Source: Candidatus Omnitrophota bacterium
GTDB taxonomy: Bacteria > Omnitrophota > Gorgyraeia > Velamenicoccales > Velamenicoccaceae
Length of the DNA stretch: 64,000 bases
Direction of reading: 5' to 3'
Assembly (NCBI GenBank): GCA_043819345.1
Contig: JBDREX010000009.1
Span: forward strand, 39,911 to 103,910
Both the position numbers and the translations under genes were made by a program. Within the stretch, counting starts at the first letter, position 1, and each line of letters begins with the position of its first letter. Shown here in pieces: positions 57,001 to 63,000 of the stretch. The notes beneath the pieces were generated by a model. That model was not told the DNA's origin, did not search any database, and worked only from the letters and a program-made list of their open reading frames with translations.

Positions 57001-60000
57001 CTCTATAATTCCCCATCATGTCTTTAATATCCTTGAGAACAGCTTTGAGATTAGGATTTTTCGGATCAACATTATAAAGAGTCAAAAGATATAGTATTCT
57101 GGCTCTCACGTCATGCTCAAAAGCATCCGTTACACAACCTGCTTCAACCATATCCAACACCTGCACTTCTTCTTCTCTAATAACTTCTGCAACAACTGGC
57201 AGTTCCCAAGCATAATACTCATCCCTTAAACTAACCAGAACTGAAACCAACCTCTCTAAAAATTTTGCAATATCGGCCAAATATTTTTCAAAATTTTCTT
57301 GCGATTGCTCAAGTTTTTTTTGCCTTAAAACACATACCCAACTAGCAATTCTTTCAGGCAACCCATACTTATAACAAAGAGTGTCATAAACAACGCCTCG
57401 CATAATAATAGGAGCGGCCTGTCGTTTTAGATTAGAAATAGACACATCAAAAGCGTCCGGAGAAACATCCCAGGACAAAACCTTAAACATATCCACAAGT
57501 TTCTCTATCCAACGCTTCCAATAATAAAGCTGTGCCCTTAAATGAAACCAGTCTTGCCCTAAAATATCGGCTCGGCCCAACAATACGTCATCGAGATTTT
57601 TCAAATACTGCAGCTCGGCCTTCGCCACATCCAGATGATTGCGAAGATCCACCGTATCTAAATGGGTTTGAGATACCAAGCAATACAAAAGCTCGCCTAT
57701 TTTCTTATCAAGTGAAAGCTCAGAACTAAGAAAACCCGCCAAACGCTTCTGGCTCAAAACAAGAGTTTGCGAAAGTTTCAACAAACGTTCAATCTCTAAG
57801 CGGTATTGCGATGGATTAAGAAGAATTTTTTCTTCAAGCGACTGAATGGTGTTAGATAACATATCAACCCATCTCTCTAGCGCCACAATCTCATCACGAA
57901 TCTCATCCGGGCTTAACGGACTTGAAACCGACATAATTTCTTCTAAAATAAAAAGATAAGGATAGCTAAGATTCTTTGAATAAATTCTTACAACTGAAGC
58001 ATTGGTCTTGGATAAGTTTTGATGAATTGCTTTGATTGTTTTCGTGTTTGCTATATCCAACCACCCGCCCGCGATATTAACATAGCAATGTTCTAAATCT
58101 AAATGCAGTTTACACCCTTGCCCAAAAATTCTGACTTCTGAAAAAACCTCTTGTTTTTGATACAGACGAATTAAATCAATCATGGTAATAAAACCGCCCA
58201 CGGATTGAACTGTTTGCGCGATCTTCTCTTTTGTTGCTTGCTTCTTTAGAGGCAACCCACTGTTATAAGCATTAGCAACGCCTTCTACAGCACTGTTCCA
58301 CACATATAATGTTGCCATAGCGCGTGAATATATGCTTTGCTCTACTTCCAACGTATCATCTTGATAGAGCGCAACGCCAATTAAATGCGGTTTATTCAAC
58401 ACAACGCTCTTATGTAGGGCTAAGTATTGAGAATTGCCTTTCAGATCATCTACCGCCAAAGGCGAAGAAAAACGACAAGACACTCTATCCAAAAACTTGC
58501 GCTGCAGCAAAAATTCAGTCGCCCCCACCACACAAGGCTTGCCCTGCACGGCACAACTCAAATCGGATAACCTGCCACGGTAGGTCCGAATGATTTTAGG
58601 GGCGACTGTATTACTAAGATTATTATTTTCAGCGAAAGCGGCTGGAATAAAGAAAGCGGATAAAGCACTGGATGTCTTATAAAAAATACTCGTTATTCCA
58701 TCATACCCACCCGCTCTCGGCACTAATTTACCACCAAAACCAGCTCTTGTTTCAAGTTCTTCCTGTGTCATGTATCCCAGATGACGCGTTAAAGCACTGG
58801 ATGCAAGTGTATTCTCTGCATCCGAAAGGTAATATTGCTGCAGGCGACTTGGCTTTTTAGCTTCATTCGGAATAGGCTTTAAGCCGATTTTCAGAAAAAA
58901 TAATATATTGATGCGTAATGTGTTTAGCTTATCTTTTAAAAACTGATAATCCTTTAGCGGACAGATAACATAAGGATTAAGCCAAATAAGAGGCATAATC
59001 ACAGCCTTGCAATAAGGCTTGTAAAGATAAACCCTCAAATTGCCATCTTTATCTTCGGCAATAGATTCAACGCGCACAAGCTCTTTTTCAATGATTTTCT
59101 TCTTGTTTTTATTATGTTTCTCAAAGAAATCGATGTCCCCCTGATAGAAACGAAGAATCTCATTACCCGGATAATGCCTGACGATAAACTCAGCTAGGCC
59201 TATCATAAACCATAACTCTATAAAACTAAAAATCATGCTAAGCCCAATATAACCGGCAGAGAGCCAAGCTAGAACCTCTAAGCCATTTTCAGCCAACACA
59301 CAAACAGCACAAGTCAAATATAACAATTTAAATGTCATAACCACAAAGCTTATGAGCTGATTCACGGAAAGAGTGCAACTGATAGCCTTAGGCAAATTGT
59401 TATTGGCGATGGTGACCTGTTTAAGATGTCGCTTACGAAATCCCTTAAAAGAAATGGGCGAAGAAAAATGATCTTTTGTGTGGTGCAATTGATAATAACT
59501 CTCACCGGCATACAAAGCAGCTTTAACCCGGTCTTTAAGTGCCCTCATTGCTTCCAATCGATTTGTTTTATTGCGTTTATTCATCATTCTTCTAAACACC
59601 TTCCAAGACGCCTCAAATGCGACATCACAAGAAATAAGATCTAAATCGTCAAGCGATAGCTCAAGAACACGATCAATATTTTTAAAAATACGAAGCCCAA
59701 AAACAATAGCTAATGACTCTACAAATTCAGGATAACGGGAAATTTCATAAGCACCTGTCAAAGCCACTCTCAAAGACATCTCTTCATTGCTAGTGATAAT
59801 TTTCACAAATTCCTTCATGATAAAACCATGTCTGGAAGAATAAAGCACCTTGGGAACATCTCTAATAACAAAGGTTCTTAAAGAAGAATTCTCCGAGCTG
59901 TCACCTTGCGGATAGCCCCAAGAAAAAACAAACTGTTTCGTCTGTTGTAGGGCATAAGGCAATTGTTCTCTTAATATCTCTATATAATGGACACTTAAAC

Positions 60001-63000
60001 CATAAAACTTAAAAGTAGAAAACTCAAACAACCTGTTACCCGCCGCAACCTCGGCTTCCCACAAGCTATTCATTCTGCCTGCAAGATCAGAAGAAAAATC
60101 CTTGTTTTCACAATCTGGATAAACGATTGCATCAGTAAATGCCTTAGGCCGTCTAGTTTTATCAGGAATAACTCTTTCAACAGACCTCTCATCATTGCCG
60201 ACTAGTTTATCCGTCAGAGCTCTGTCCATCACAGATTTATCTCTTGTGGCTAACTCTGTTTTGCGTACCTCTTTAAAGCGTTGATTACAAGAACGCATCT
60301 GGACCAATTCTTGTTTTTCACAGCTCTTATCAACTATTACCATTAACGCCTTCCAGGAATCTTCAAATCTAGAATCACAAACAACCTTTTGGAAACCTCT
60401 GCATGACAAGATCAATACTTGATTCACCTCATAAATAATATCCTTACCAAAAATGGCCACTAAAGAATTTAGATATTCAAAATAAGCCCCCATCTTATGA
60501 GCATACGCTAAACCTACTCTTAGCCCCATACGATTATCACCAGTAATAACGCGCGCGAATTCCTGTATCAGAAAAACATGCTTCGTTTTATCATGCTGCT
60601 TATCTATTTCTGCTGCCATAAAGATTCTCACAGGTGCTTTCTCCAGACAAAATTCACTTTTTAAAAAAGACTTTTTATCTGACCCGCGATAAGCAAAAAC
60701 AAACCGCGAATCATCCTGCAAAACAAAAGGAAGGCGCTCTCTTGGAAGCTCCATATATTCTATTGTGAGCTCAGGCATAGACGGCTCTACATAAACAACA
60801 GCCTGATTCCCATCTGAAATCTCATGCCTCCATAAAATTTCAACTTCTATAGGCTCCATATCCAGCAACGAAAGATCACCTACGAAGGGTTTAAGAGAAG
60901 AAGAAACATACGTCACGCCTTGTTCAACCACCTCATCAATTTTAATAACTTCAAATGATGTCTTTTCTAAAACATTCTCATGAGAAATCACAACTCGCTT
61001 AATGTCCAAAACTTGCTCACGCTCATTTAGGGCCGCAATCGGAATAGAAGAGCTTTTCAAAAGACTTTCTAATGTTGACAAAACTAGAGAAATAGTTTTC
61101 AACAAAGCCAAAACTCTATCCGGATCACAAATCTTAAGATTTGTGATAAAATCCACCAAATACATCGCCTGAGGTGCCAAGCCAATCTTCTTTTCAAATG
61201 GATGCCCCGTTGTAAAGATTCGGCCCAAAACTTGCAAAGCGCAATTATGGCTCAAATACCAACCTCTTCCCACCAGCTTATAGACAAAAGTAGCCTGTTG
61301 ACAAACTCTATCCCAATCCCAGCCCTGCTCATTTGTTGATTGCAAAATCCCCGCCCCATATTTACGCAATATGCCTATATTCCTTATTAGCTTAGTCCTG
61401 AGAGACTCATCAATATCAATAACACCATGTTCCCTACCCGTATCTACCATTAGTCTTTCATCTACATCTAATAATTGTTGAACCAATATAAATAGTTCCC
61501 CCATCAGAAAAGGTTCTTCGATTATTGGCACATTTAAAGTTTCCATATCAGAAGCTTTACCCAAAACAATAATCTTCTGCTCCGCGTTAACAGCTCTCAC
61601 CTGCGCGATCAAACTTCCCGCTTCTTCCTTGCTCAAACGATTCAAGGAAATCATCACTAAGTCAGGCCTCAATCTTGAATACTCACTCATAGCCAAACCC
61701 TTATCAACAGCTACATACTCTTTTAAAACATTCTGAAATTGCACACCTAAAAGCAGCTCAACAATTTCGGCGACAGATGAAAGATCAACCATAAGTATTC
61801 TGATCTCGCGCTTTACGGCAGGCTTCTCTTCTTTAGCATGTAGAGCGAGATAACGATCTAATTCACTCATACCACGGCTAGACTTTGATTCCTGCTTTTT
61901 AATAAAATCAGCCAAGACATTTTCAAAAGACCTCTCTTCTGTAATATCTACACACTGAGACTCCATCAAACGCTCAACCTGTCCTTTAAAGCCAACGGAT
62001 ATCTTTTCAAGTAATAAAACATCACCTGTCGCGCCTCTCGCCCATGCCTGATAAGCCTTTTGTTGAAATTGCTCATCAAAGTCATCAAGATACCGATCCA
62101 TATAAATATTTCCAAAAACAAGATACATCTTCCAAGAAATCGCTAATTTTTCATCTAAAGCCACAGCAGCATCAACACACTCAACCGCCTCTATGAGATT
62201 TTCTGCTGCATAATACGCCAGAGCCAATTCGGCGTAAATACCGGCATTTCGCGGATCGGAAGCAAGAACTTCCCGTAAAGACCGAATAGCTTCTTCGGCC
62301 CCACCTTCAGCGGCCACCGCAATCGATTTTTCATCCTGAAACTGTGCTTCCATGTTTTTCGAAATCGGACTACATGCCCCATCTTCAGTTTTCGCAAGAC
62401 CTAAAGTAACGCGTATATAAAACATGTTATTCTTAAAACAATCGCTTTGATCAACAACACGCACTACCCTGCTCAATACGGCCTCATCCGCAATCACTTT
62501 AGCACGCCAACGATAATCCTGAGAAAACTCTTCAATCAATATCCTGCCACTTTGCGCCAATAAAGAGCCAAGATTACGATATAGCCTCATGCGCGCCGAA
62601 ACAGCTTTATCACTAAATAAATCCGTTTCCGGCTCAAGATTTGTCATATCTTCTAGAATACCCGGCTGCGTACGGCCCGCTTCATGCAAAACTTTTCTTA
62701 AATAAACAAAATCAAAGGGCCCGTAATGATCACTCAGACGCTCATATGTCATATCGCCTTTATCTATGACAACACCCTCAATACCTGCCAATCCTGCAAA
62801 TTCTTTCAAAACCATAAGAATAAAATCATTCGTATCCAGAAAAACTAAGTAACCACTCTGTGGTTTTAAAGTGAGCCATACAATGCCTTCCATACCTACG
62901 CCCGGCATAAAAACACGACCAGCCATCATTTCTTCCTCAACCCCATCACAAAAAGGAATAAAAGCCTCCGGCTGATGATTCTGCATAAGCGGCACATAAT

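Noticed and set aside
44093-58589. The 27-28-nt repeated islands as a CRISPR array or other non-coding repeat element
   Set aside because: There are only 2-3 copies each, separated by 1.5-14 kb of unique coding sequence and not by regular short spacers. All are in frame and encode the same peptides (RTYRGRL[F/S]D, CVVGATEF).
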